Assembly: GCF_964188315.1 (NCBI RefSeq)
Contig: NC_135668.1
Location: forward strand, 55,428,001 to 55,492,000
Length of the DNA stretch: 64,000 nt
Direction: 5' to 3'
Origin: Podarcis muralis
Lineage: Eukaryota
This document shows, piece by piece, positions 49,901 to 62,274 of this stretch (position 1 is the first letter of the stretch; each line of letters opens with the position of its first letter). The position numbers and the translations under genes are program-made. The notes beneath the pieces were generated by a model, which was given only the letters and a program-made list of their open reading frames with translations, did no database searches and was not told the origin of the DNA.

Positions 49901-52900
49901 AAAAGAGTATCTGGAGGCCAGGAATGAAAAGCAAGCGGCTTTGATGTTTATTGATGCAGAGAAGGCCTTTGATAATGTTTCTTGGATTATTATGAAAAAG
50001 ACAATGGAAATGATGGAATTTGGAGAGCCATTCCTTAAAGGAATTGACACTATATATTCTGAGCAGAAAGCCATGCTGATTGTGAATAATGTAGTAACTG
50101 AAAAATGTGGAATTACAAAGGGAACAAGACAGAGTTGTCCCATGTCACCATTACTGCTTATACTAGTCTAAGACATCCTAGCAAGAAATGTAAGAGCAGA
50201 TGAAGGAATAAAAGGAATTATGGTGGGGAGTAAAGCATATAAACTGAAAGCTTTTGTGGACAACCTTGTGATAACAGTTGAAGAACCCCTGGTCAACATA
50301 CCAAGGCTGTTAGATAAGATTCAGAAATTTGGGCAAGTAGCNNNNNNNNNNNNNNNNNNNNNNNNNNNNNNNNNNNNNNNNNNNNNNNNNNNNNNNNNNN
50401 NNNNNNNNNNNNNNNNNNNNNNNNNNNNNNNNNNNNNNNNNNNNNNNNNNNNNNNNNNNNNNNNNNNNNNNNNNNNNNNNNNNNNNNNNNNNNNNNNNNN
50501 NNNNNNNNNNNNNNNNNNNNNNNNNNNNNNNNNNNNNNNNNNNNNNNNNNNNNNNNNNNNNNNNNNNNNNNNNNNNNNNNNNNNNNNNNNNNNNNNNNNN
50601 NNNNNNNNNNNNNNNNNNNNNNNNNNNNNNNNNNNNNNNNNNNNNNNNNNNNNNNNNNNNNNNNNNNNNNNNNNNNNNNNNNNNNNNNNNNNNNNNNNNN
50701 NNNNNNNNNNNNNNNNNNNNNNNNNNNNNNNNNNNNNNNNNNNNNNNNNNNNNNNNNNNNNNNNNNNNNNNNNNNNNNNNNNNNNNNNNNNNNNNNNNNN
50801 NNNNNNNNNNNNNNNNNNNNNNNNNNNNNNNNNNNNNNNNNNNNNNNNNNNNNNNNNNNNNNNNNNNNNNNNNNNNNNNNNNNNNNNNNNNNNNNNNNNN
50901 NNNNNNNNNNNNNNNNNNNNNNNNNNNNNNNNNNNNNNNNNNNNNNNNNNNNNNNNNNNNNNNNNNNNNNNNNNNNNNNNNNNNNNNNNNNNNNNNNNNN
51001 NNNNNNNNNNNNNNNNNNNNNNNNNNNNNNNNNNNNNNNNNNNNNNNNNNNNNNNNNNNNNNNNNNNNNNNNNNNNNNNNNNNNNNNNNNNNNNNNNNNN
51101 NNNNNNNNNNNNNNNNNNNNNNNNNNNNNNNNNNNNNNNNNNNNNNAAAAAAGGCAAATGAAATCGAAAAACTGCAACAGTTGGTAATGATAAGCAGCCT
51201 AGTTGACCCCAAAGCCCACATCATTATTCCTTAAAATCTTATTCCCTTTGTTTCTGTTTTGTCCTCTAGATAGATGGCAAGAGAGTTCCCCCTGCAATGT
51301 AAGAATCTCAGCTCAAGCATCCATGACAGCTCTTCATGTCAGAAAGTTATTCCTGACAAGTATAATACAGTGATTAAGGATAAGAATAAAAACAACAACA
51401 TGGGAGGGTTGGGAAGTAAATATATATATTAAAAAAGAGTATGCGAAGTAAATTGATTTAATGTTTTTGAAAACCTAATAAATACTACTACTACTACTAC
51501 TAATGAAAGTTCTTCCTGATGTTCATTCAGAATCTCCTTTCTTGTAACTTGACACCTTTGGTTTCGGTCCTACTCTCCAGAGCAGGAGAACACAAATCTG
51601 CTCCATCTTCCATGGGACAGCCCTTGAGATACCTGAAGATAGCTATCACATCTCCTCTCACTCTTCTCTTATCCAGGCTAAACATACGCAACTCCCTCGA
51701 CTGTTCCTTGTCAGGCTTCATTTCCAGAGCCTTGATCATCTTGGGCTCCCTCCTCTGCAGGCAACCCACTATCTGCTGACAGGAATGGCAAAGAGCCAAA
51801 TTTGAAAACCAGCCCTCTTTACTCCACTTCTTCTCTCCACCGTAGCACCTCTCCTCTCCTCCTTCCACCCAATACACAGCTCTGGACTGCAGGGGTGGGA
51901 ACTTAGTTACCTAAAAAATTATCTGATTTAATTACCTGCCATGGTTCCACATTCTGAAATGCCGTTTTTCGTCCTTCTTCCAATCTTCTATGCATGGATT
52001 TGAACTGCAATATAGCATTCAGAGCATGTGCCACAGCATAGATAGCATTGTAGACATTGTAGCTGTGGCCAGTCATTTTCATTTCAAACAAACCTCCAGG
52101 AAGGCTCTCCAGATTCTCTTCCCCAGTGCAGGTTTTATTCTCCTCTCCTTCCCACTCCTTGGACGTTGTTAGCAAACAGTCAAAAGCCTGTTCCCAGAAG
52201 TCTTGAATAAAGCCATCTCTTTTGAACCACGAAGGTCTTACCATCTGAAGGAACTTTTGGAAACCCTCAGGCTGATTTGAGTGAACTGTGAAAGATATGG
52301 AACCATGGAAGGTTTGCAAATCCCAATTCTTTTGAATAGAGTGTGATGCAAAATCCCAGTGAGATGTAACAATCCAGACTTTTCCAAGAGGTGGCAATTC
52401 CATGAATGGTGCTGCAAAGAACAACATTCTCAAAGCCTGAAAGGATGGAGGTTCTCCATAGACAAAAAACACACTGGCTTTCTCCCTGAAGACAGTTGAA
52501 TAGTATTCTACACGTTGTAAAACATATTCTATAATCTCATCCACATAATTCCATTTTGGTATTCTCATGATGAAGGCATAACAGATGCCATTTTCATCAA
52601 GCATTGGGACCATTGTCTGCAAAAACTGGTCCCCTTTGTCATCATCCACAGCACCAAGCCCAATCCATGTCCATCCAAAATGTTTGAGTAACTGCACAAC
52701 CCCCATGTGCTGTTGGGCTTCATTTGGGACCATCTGGTACAAAAAGGGGTATAAAGTGTTGGCATGTTGTATTGGCAAAAATGATCCATAAGTGAGCTGA
52801 AATAAAATGCATAAATATTACTCAAAAGAGCATGTTCAATGATTCTATTCCAGTAGACTTGTATGCCATTTTATCTGTGGAATATCAGAATGACACGATC

Positions 52901-55809
52901 TGCAAGTAATTGCTTTGCTCGGTTTAAGTACTCTTACTCCCAATACTAGTGCTTACTTATGGGAGTGTAGAAAAGGGGGTCTCTGCTATGTGGTAGTCAT
53001 GAAAATATTCGAAGTATTTTAATGTGTTGCTTCAGGCGGTCATATGCTGCCATCATCTGTAACAGAAGATCTACAGGAATCCAGAATCATGTCAAAGGGG
53101 TGGATCCAGGCAACAAATAGAGAAAAGGGGGCTTTTTGTGCGCATTCTGTAAATCCATTGTTTAATGCCAATGGAGGACACAGGGTATTAACAAATCATC
53201 ACCTATATATGCCAGGTAGACCACAGAGAGCTGGTACACATTCAGGCTCATGCAAGTAAGGTGTCAGATTGTTTTGTGTCCAAACATGCAAGCTTGAGCC
53301 CAGCTCCCTCTTCTTCTCACTTTTAACACATTTTGTCACCATCCCGATCTGCCACCCTCAGTCTTCAGGGGGAATCAGGGGTGAAAGCAGGACTTTCAGA
53401 TTGTGAGAGAGGCTATGAGGAAGATCAGGAGAGTCCTATATGTTAAGAGGCACTTCAGGTGGCCTTGGGACAGGACTGGTTCCTCCAGATCCTTGGTGCT
53501 TCTGAGCTCCTCTGCAGGCCCCACATCTTTCCCTCTGAGGATGTCGCCCCATTGTCTATGTCAGACAATGTTCACAGCGTACAGCTCCCAACTAGAGATC
53601 AAAGTCATGGATGAAAAGGTTGAACAGGATCCAGGAAAGAACAAAGCCCTGCTTAAAACTTGTTGATCCGCACAGTTTGCCAAGGAACTGTCGATAAACC
53701 TGATAGCAGTATCATTAAACCTGCATTTATCCAAAGGATGACAGGATTTTTTTTCTGAAATCATGATGATGCCACCATGATGTGTTCTCTCTATACTCTC
53801 AGAAACAGGCTTACCTGTGGAGTCTTGTACATTGCTGAAATGACGGCCACATTCGCAGAGATTTCGGAGATGCATCCTCCAATCAGAGCTATCACTTTCT
53901 TCTGGTTGTGACCCTGGAAGTTGGGGACAAACCTCCCTTGTGCAGAAAAGAGGCTGAGGCTGGCCTTGTAGGTCATCTTGGCAGTGTAGTAGCTGTTGAG
54001 GATGTGAAATCCCAGAGAGACGTTGGATAAAATGTCGGGGTTTTCATTGATCTCTTGGACAGCAAATGCCAAGGCCAGGATGTGCTGGTAGTTCTTTGGC
54101 ACCGAACTGTCATGGAAATGACAGATGTTATAGCTGTTGACAAACAACAGTAACAGAAGCAACCAAAGGACATCCATCCTCTTCTTCTCTCATCTGCTTG
54201 TTTCCAAGATTGACTTGCAGTTTGAACCTCAGTTGAGTCATTCCCTTTGCCAATCAACTGAGTATAAAAGTAAGATTTTCTTTGCATGTTTTCACAAGGT
54301 ACATAAAATATTTTGTTTAGTTTTAATCTTATTTCTTCTGGATCAGTATGTTTAATCATTATTAGTTATTAAATGTATAACCTGCCTTTTCTCCCTGAGT
54401 TTTATATACCTAACCTTTCTCCCAGTTTCTCTCATTATTCATGTTGCTAATCAGCCACATGATTACAATTTTCATCCTTTTTCTGGCATTTCCCAAAATC
54501 ACTTTAATTCCTATTTATTCTATTTATTCTTGTTTTAATTCATTGCACCATTAACTTAGCACAATTTCCCCTTAAATTCGTGCATAGAGAGAACCTATGT
54601 GATTCCTCTATCCTAACTTTTCTCATGCCACTATGGGCACACACTTTCCCAGGTCCCCCCCCCCCCCATTTGATCAATATTTCCTTCCTCGGTTCCAGTT
54701 TAGGACTGTGTTTCAGGGATGATCTGCTTCCTAGTATTTTAAAAGGAAACTCTAAGAAGAGAAGTAATATAGAATTAGACCCTTTTATCTTGTTACTTCA
54801 TTCTATACAGAGGGGTCCAGACTATATTTCCAAATGCATCTAGCCAAGACATTCTCTCATCATATTTGATTGCTGGTTCATCTCCAGTGTACTTAAAGCA
54901 ATAAAATATTTGACAGTGGGAGGGAATAACTAGCTTTAATATCATCCAGATTTAGTCATGCTTCCTCACTCCTGTAGATATTCTGTCCAAGGCTGGTGGA
55001 AGTGCTCTTGTGAGACTCGGCCACATTGAGATTTGTTGTGTGGCAGAGACTATCACAGGCAATGGGTAGCAAAGCAAAAATGCTTTATTCTTATGCAAGA
55101 ATGGTGGCTCATCCATCTCGTGGTGCAGACAAGAGACTACGGGGGCTGCAGGTTACACATATGGTTTTATACTGTCACATATGCAGCTTGATGACCTGTT
55201 TGCTCCCAGCTTGACTCACCTTTATGTAGTGACTAACCTTAACCTTTGATAAGCCGCCTTCATTATGCCTTTTTTTGGGGGGGGGGGATTTCCACTGCCC
55301 CTTTGTTCCCTCTATTATTTCTGGTTTTGCTCATTTCTCTTGAGCAGAGTGCCTCAATTTCCCAGCACAATCACCAACCTAATTCCAATACAGTGCACAA
55401 TTTCCATACATTTCAAGAACACTTTTGAGAGAAAGCTATGAATGCTTTCTGCCACCAATATGCTGTAGGTGCCACTTTTCTCACTCCAGAAATGAACAAA
55501 CACAATTGTTCCTTAAATATAAGTTCTCAGCAACTATACTTGGAACTTATTAAATAAGCAGCATGAGTGAGAGGGAGAGATGGTGCCTTACATGGGCTCA
55601 TTAATCACAATCTGTGTCGGCTGTTTCAGGAAAGAGAGGAGATTATGGAGGAAGAAGACCTGAGAAACAATCTCTCCAATGACCAGGTCTCCAGGATGGT
55701 AAAATTCATGAGGGATCGGGAGGGGATCATCTTGTATGCTACAATTAATGGAATGTTTCTGGCCCACAACATGACACAGCAGGACGAGCAGAAGCACCGC
55801 AACCAGCAT
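43910..55809 (-). CDS. V2R: Divergent vomeronasal type-2 receptor, apparently intact, 875 aa
   Basis: complement(join(43910..44811,46968..47094,48511..48738,51936..52796,53815..54106,55592..55809)) = 2628 nt; GT-AG introns, phases 2,0,0,0,1. Exon 4 ([15 protein letters not shown]...WHKSFNQ) was read by hand and is missing from the ORF track. Confidence 0.9.
47719..48281 (-). mobile_element. Bov-B (RTE) LINE, 5'-truncated
   Basis: [13 protein letters not shown]...[32 protein letters not shown]; 12-bp TSD AAGAGCCACATT (47707-47718 and 48282-48293). Confidence 0.92.
48790..51500 (+). mobile_element. Degraded L1 ORF2 (endonuclease end and RT) in intron 3 of the divergent V2R, interrupted by a gap
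   Basis: [41 protein letters not shown] and FVDN motifs; probable 3' tail at about 51400-51500. Confidence 0.8.
50342..51146. other. Assembly gap (N run)
   Basis: 805 N. Confidence 1.
51505..51780 (-). mobile_element. CR1 LINE 3' fragment
   Basis: [27 protein letters not shown]...[12 protein letters not shown]. Confidence 0.85.
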
Positions 55810-56479
55810 GATTCTGTTGGAAGAACAGAGCCATGAAACGCAGCCTCCCATCTTTGCCTCTGCAGCATCACACACCACGTTCATCAGGACTGACCTCAAC
55901 AACATCTAAAATAATTCTTTTTGTTTTAAAAATCCTCATACACAGCAACAATTATCACAGCACTGGTGTATAAAGAGGGGGAAATGGTGCAACCTTGCAA
56001 ATCAGTTTGTCCAAAAGAAAGTGAGGTCAATTGTGATGAAGCAGTTTGCTTGGATATGTGTGTTAATGAAGAGCCATAGAATGAGGTCCAATTTTCCAGT
56101 GGCCAAAGACGAATGCCCTAACAAACAGAGGGGGGATGATCATAACAGGAACGATACAGAGTCCTGCCTAGACCCAAATCTAGTTCTAAATAATGTGAGA
56201 TCTTTATAACTTCAGATGGTGATTGTTGATGTAGCTGAAGAGCTCTGGAAGCACTTTGTGTTTTTCAGAGCGAAAACCAGCAATTCTGCTAATGATGGGG
56301 AGGATTATCTGTTCCCCGGGGTGTTCCTTGCTTTGGAAGTTGCATCATGCACGATGAACCTGTGAGGAGTCATCCTCCCAACTTGGAATCCTACGAATCT
56401 TATTATTTCTTTTGAAGAGTAATTAGCAGGAGGAGGCCGTTAGCTCAGTAGGTCCAAACTTCACCTGCCCAGAACTAGA

Positions 56480-56790
56480 GGAAATAATAATAATAATAAT
56501 TTATTATTTATACCCTGTCCATCTGGCTGCCCCCCCCCCCCAGCCACCCTGGGCGGCCCCCAACAAAACACTAAAATACAATAACCTATCAAACATTAAA
56601 AGCTTCCCTAAACAGGGCTGCCTTTAGATGTCTTATAAAAGTTTGGTAGTCATTTTTCTCTTTGACATCTGGTGGGAGGGCATTCCACAGGGCGGGCGCC
56701 ACTACCGAGAAGGCCCTCTGCCTGGTTCCCTGTAACTTGGCTTCTCGCAGCGAGGGAACTGCCAGAAGGCCCTTGGCACTGGACCTCAGT
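56480..56790 (-). mobile_element. L2 LINE 3' end with (ATT)n tail
   Basis: [32 protein letters not shown]...FIRHLKAALFREAF. Confidence 0.8.
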
Positions 56791-58701
56791 GTCCGGGCAG
56801 AACGATGGAACACATCCCTGATATTGGGCATAATCCAGCAAGCCTTCACCCCCCCCCCAAATGTGAAGGCTTAGAGTTAAAGGTACAATCACAGCCTAGG
56901 GAAATTCCCGGTTCAGATGCATCGTGATTATGGGTTCATCTCTTTAAATTATTTGCCCCATTTGCTTATGCAGTATTATCAACATGAATGTCATCAAATA
57001 ACATCTATACATCATTTTCATATAGTTTCCCCCCAAACCATAACTTCCTGTAGACTTCAGATCTATATTCCACAACCGCTCCCATGTCAACATGAGAGAA
57101 AGGAAGAAAGGACTGTTTCGCTGTAGCTGCAGCAGCATCTTTTTACTGCCCTCTCTCCAATGTGAAGGAGAAGAAAATGCAAGCAGGAAACTGGGGCAAC
57201 GGCTTGGCCAGCAGACAAGTGGGATCCAAACTGGGAGGAGGTCAATTGATGCAGCAAGACAGAAGGCAGAGGAAGGAAGTTTCATGTGTGTCATTGCAGG
57301 CTCAGAAGGGCCAGGTCCCCCCTTTCTTCGATTTCAAGGGGGAATAACTGTCTGCTGAGGTCGGGGCTCCCCCCCTTCGCCCACCAACCTGCATCCCGAG
57401 GAGGCCTGGCAGCCCCCTAATATGGAGACCCCCATCCCCCAAGTAAAAGCCCCCTCCAGCCCCCAGCTCCCCTTTGCAAGAAACATCCCTGGTGCTGGTG
57501 TCTGAGGAGCCCCATGCACAAACACACGGGGGGGGGAGAGAGAGACAGAGAGGAGCCCCCGCAGCCCATTCCCTGCAACAGACCCCTCCCCTCTTGGGAA
57601 GATGCACCCCCCCCCCGCAAAACAAGCTCCCCTTTTCCAGCTGCTCTTTTCGCTCCGTCTCCGGCTGAGGTTCCTGCCTGGGGATAGTTTACCTGGAGAC
57701 AGGCTGGTCATTGCCAGGGCGCTTGTTCATTGGCCGAGCTGGGAGGGACTGTTCTGCTCCGCCAAACCACCCCCTGGCCGCCCCCGCCCCACAGCCCCTT
57801 GGAGGACGAGCATCCAGGAGGAAGGGGCAAGGGACACTCGGGCTTGAATCGCCCCTCGCCCGCCTCGGCCCAGGAAGAGGAGGAAGAGCCCTTTGCTGCC
57901 TCTGGGCGACCCCCCTCCTCGCCCCGCCAAGGGCGCAGGAGGGAGGGGGAGATGCCTGGGGAGGGGTCTGGGGGGTTGGGGGAGAAAGATCGCGCCCCTG
58001 GGCGTTGCTTGTGGGCAAAGGTGGAGGGGGTCTCTCTGGCTGCAGGGAGGAGAAGCCCCCTGCCCTGACAGGTGCAGACGCGGCACCCGGGAATACGGAG
58101 GGGTTGGGGGGAGGAGGAAGGAAATTGGACGCCCCCAAAACACGAAAGGGAGGGGAGGGAGGATCTGAACCCTCAACTAGCCTTTCCTGTTGGAAGGAGG
58201 GAAAGGGAGATAAGACAAAAGTTGTTCTTTCCCCTTTATGGGCTCTGCTGCCACAGAGACCTGCTTGGTTCAGAAGCCCCCAATGGTCACACCCAAAAGG
58301 AATCAGCCCCCCCCCCGTCCCTAATGCCCCCCAGAAGACAGAGTGGTCTCTCTCCTCCCCAACAGCTCAAAAGGCGGAACCTAAAAACATCACGGAGCAG
58401 AACCCTTGAAGACTCGGAGGAAATCCTTGTATTCTTGGCTTCACTTTGCGGCAAGGAGCTCAGGGCAGAGTTACATCCTTGCTATATTCACAACAATCCT
58501 TTGAGGAGACATGGGTTGGTCTATTGAAGGATTGCTCTGCCAGAGTCACCCCAAATGCAAATCCACCCCAGGATCACCCTTTGGGGCTGTTACGGCTGTG
58601 AAATGAGGGGTTTTTTAAGTCTGTGTGAGCAGAGAAAGTCCTTCAGCATCGCCTGAAGTCTCCCCCCCCCCTGCCCCTCTCCCTCATCCCCCCCCCCGCA
58701 G

Positions 58702-60294
58702 TGGAGGACACCCTGGTGGAGCTGCACTTCTTCCAGGAGAGCTTCCCTTCGGAGAAGAAGTCCGGGGAGTTCCTGCTGGAGTTTGACAACGAGGAGATCC
58801 TGCACGTGGACTGGGAGAAGAAGCAGAACGTCTGGAGGCTGCCGGACTTCCAGCGCTTCTCCAGCTTCGAGATGAAGGCGCCCTGGCCAACATCGCCCTC
58901 ATGAAGAACAACATGGAGGTGCTCATGAAGCGAAGCAACCACACCCGTGCCCTGAATGGTAGGGCACTCGAGGGGGGCAGGGGAGAGAGCTGGGGGGCAG
59001 GCAGGGGGTGGTCTCTTGGCTTCTGACAAGGCAGACCTTTCAGGACCCCTTTCTGCCTACCCAGAAGGAACTCTGCTCGAGGGAGCCAGTCCTTGGCTGA
59101 CTGAGACAGGCTAAAAGGGAAGAAAAACCAAACGGGAGGGGCACCATTGCACTTTGTACAAGCTCAGAGGCATTCCCAAACCTGAACACCCAGTGCAAAT
59201 ATACTCACAGCAGCTAATGGTGTGAGAGATTTTGCAGTCAAATCTAACAATGCATATTCTTGCTAATTAGCATGTGAAGGGGTCAAGTCCAGAGAGCTGT
59301 ACTAATGATACAGGGACCATAGAAAGGTAGTTGGTAGAGAGGAATTTGTGTGATGGGGGGAAGGAGAAAATAATATTTTCTTCTCTCTCTCTTCCTTTGA
59401 CCAATGATGGAAGCAGACTGGCCGTCACTTGCTCCAAGTTCAGGCACATGCCTGAAGTTGTTTTTTGCTGTAAATGCAAATATTTTGTCCGTGTTGTTTT
59501 AATGCTGTTGGTCCTGAGGATGAATGCTTGACTGTGAGCAAATATATGTTTTAAACTTACTTTTCAGCCTGTAGCAGGTTTCTTTGATAAACTGGGGGGA
59601 ACAAAGGGAGAGATCAGCCTAATAGCTAATTGCTATGTTTTCAGTTTATAGACTGCTTAAAATGGGTTTTAATCCCATTTCTTTCTCCATCTCCTTCCTC
59701 AGTTGCTCCTTCAGCCATTGTGTACCCAGAAAATGCTGCGGAACTGGGGGACCCCAACGTCCTCATCTGCTTTGTGGACAGGTACTCGCCCCAGTCCTGA
59801 ACATCACCTGGCTGAAGAACAATGAGGTGGTCTCTGAGGGCGTGGAGGAGACAGACTTCTACCCTAGCGTGGACAACACTTTCTGCAAGTTCTCCTACCT
59901 CCCCTTTGTCCCACAGCAGGAAGACATCTACATCTGCCAAGTGGAGCACTGGGGCACCCAAGAGGGAAAGATGGAGAAGATCTGGCGTAAGTACCGGACA
60001 GGATTGGGGCTTTTCTCTGGGACTTGAACTCACAAACCCAGATTTTTAGCTCATAAGAAGCAAGTTCAGATTATCAGAGCAATTTATTCAATTGAAGTAT
60101 ATTTGCACTTTTGCATAATTCATTCTGCTCTTTCTAGCCATAGGACAAAATAAGGCGTTCAGCTCCCTTCAAGGTATTGTCCCTCAATTTAACTTAAAAG
60201 TGTATATTAAAGGGTGTAGAGTGAGTGTGTCAGGACTCTTGGGTTCTTTCTTCTGCTGAACACACACAGAGAAACAGAGTGCCTCCTTAGCCCT

Positions 60295-60330
<36 letters not shown>

Positions 60331-60480
60331 CCAGTTTCCAAGGTGCCCTCTCCCATCCCAGAGACGATGGAGAATGTGCTGGGTGCCCTGGGCTTGGCCT
60401 TTGATATCCTGAGCATCATCTCTGGCACCATCATTTTCTTCAAGGCCATGAGGATTAACGGTCACAGGGGCCTCTTGTGA
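58702..60480 (+). pseudogene. MHC class II alpha chain gene, frameshifted (pseudogene or sequence error)
   Basis: Exon 58702-58958, alpha1: GEFLLEFDNEEILHVDWEKKQNVWRLPDF...GALANIA...KRSNHT. Exon 59703-59986, alpha2 Ig-C1: ELGDPNVLICFVD...VLNITWLKN...YICQVEHWG. Exon 60335-60480, CP/TM/cytoplasmic: PETMENVLGALGL. The first two exons are 257 and 284 nt, each 1 nt short of a phase-preserving length. No intact exon 1 was identified. Confidence 0.88.
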
Positions 60481-60899
60481 GTTGAACCTGTTTCACTTCA
60501 TGGGCTCAGAGACAAATTCAAGGGAAGCCAAAATAGGGGACAGCGGCTTTGTCATAGCAATGGAGTAGGGTGGGCCTCATCCTGCCCAGAAGCTGCTCAA
60601 CCTCAATACTCCCAGCTCACAAGCTCCCTTCTCCTTTCTTTTCAGATAATGGAGGATTTCTTTCCTGACAGCCTCTTCTGCAAGGCCCTCTCAGCTCAGC
60701 TCCTTTGGCAAGAGTCTCTTCTGCTATAAATAAGCTGGAAGGAGTTGCTACCTCTATGTGAAGCTTCTTCTTAGAAGCTTTTCTGGTAATGTGTTTAACT
60801 TCCGAGAACAATAATGATAGCCAAAGATCTTAGGCAGACTTACTGTACATTACTTTTCTCCCTTTTATGTTTCCCTCTTAACAAAGAAATTGCTCTCTG

Positions 60900-61960
60900 A
60901 CTGTTGACAGCTATACTCCGATTTTTTTTTTTTTACAAGGGGAGGCCATCAACCATAAGGGTTTTTAATGCAAAATCTGTTTCCCAGCATCTCTATGCTT
61001 CAAACATCTGGTACAATGGCTCATTTCCTAAGTTGGACGGGTTCCAGGCAAAGTTTCTTCGATCCCTATTACAGGTCCCAAACTGTGTCCCAAATTCAGT
61101 TCTATTTCTGGAAACAGGTGAATGCTTGGTGGGCTGCCTTGAGATACTGGCTCAAGATCTCAGTATTCAGCCTGGGGAAGGGATTATTAGTACATTTAAC
61201 CAACGAGAAGTTTGTCAGCCCATGGCTGAAAACCATGGCCAGTAAAGGTACCTTGATTGGACTGCCATCATCCCCCTTATATCATCTGGGTTACAACACT
61301 CCCCTTGAATCCCTGAGGCAAAGGCTTTGAGACATCTCACATAGCGACCTGCAATCCTGATCTTATGTAATTTGTAGCCCAGTTGCAGCTGGAACCCAAT
61401 AAAGGTATGACTTTCAGATATCCTCATACCTTAGGAATTTGTCTGTACCTACCTATCGGCATTTATTTACCAAAGCCAGACTAAATGTATTTCCCTCGGA
61501 AGTTCTAAATGGCAGACTGAGAGGCATCCCCTATCAGAATAGGCTTTGTTTACCTTCCCAGGACGTCAATTGTATGAAGCATATCCTACTGCATTGTGGG
61601 CAACATGAGCAAGCAAGGGGCCAACTGATCACACCCTTACTGGCAAATTTGCAGGGAAAATCTGAAGCCTCCCATATTAAATATCTTTTGGAAGACAGGT
61701 CAAATGATATTACACTGGCCGTGGCAAAGGTTCTATCAGAGGTTATAAGAAACAAAGATCATTATGCCTAGATGAAACAAAATGACTGCCTTGGTTCTAC
61801 CATCTGTCTGTCTGGTTGTTTTAACTGTATCTAGTTTTGAAATCAATCAGATGGGGAAGAAGAAGAAGAAGAAGAAGAAGAAGAAGAAGAAGAAGAAGAA
61901 GAAGAAGAAGAAATAATAATAATAAACGGAGGGTGGTATACAAATTGAATAAATAATTAT
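60900..61960 (+). mobile_element. Non-LTR retrotransposon 3' region (RTE-X-like), degraded, with (GAA)n/(AAT)n tail
   Basis: FQAKFLRSLLQVPNCVPNSVLFLETG and FTKARLNVFPS..L.GR..GIPYQNRLC...HILLHC C-terminal zinc-knuckle-like motif; clade assignment uncertain. Confidence 0.6.
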
Positions 61961-62274
61961 ATTATTGATAGTCTGGTTGGCCCCTTAGAGAACAGGATGC
62001 TTGACTAGATGCGTAATGGGCTGGATACAGCAAATTCTCCCAATGTTCTTATGTATTACTGTGTTTAGACTTAGATTTCTGTGCAAACAACTTCGAGACG
62101 GATTGTGAAAAACGCTGTAAATAAATAGACAGTGACAAGAGAGGGGTGAAAACACTGAGTATGAAAAAGATTAGAATTGGGACACACAAGGGGATTCCTT
62201 GGCCAGTTTTATTCCAACAAATGTCTGCATTTTCTAATAATGCAACAATTAAAGGCATCAACACAAGTTGACTC

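Noticed and set aside
50220-51224. Long ORFs of 278-313 aa (also around 25742-26378)
   Set aside because: Artefacts of translating through N gaps.
53791-54177. ORF-track entry labelled + strand (MDVLWLLLL...PQVSLFLRV)
   Set aside because: The translation only comes from the minus strand. It is exon 2 of the divergent V2R plus intron, so the strand label is wrong and the Leu-rich start is intronic, not a signal peptide.
55800-55905. Longer N-terminus (MGGCVSWLCSSNRI) for the divergent V2R
   Set aside because: The ATG at 55809 directly precedes a typical hydrophobic signal peptide. The upstream in-frame ATGs cannot be evaluated without TSS data.
56230-56420. Coding-looking segment upstream of the divergent V2R
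   Set aside because: All frames are short or interrupted, and I could not assign it to a gene or TE.
57300-58530. Many overlapping Gly/Pro-rich ORFs
   Set aside because: GC-rich low-complexity sequence that is poor in stop codons, with no recognisable domain.
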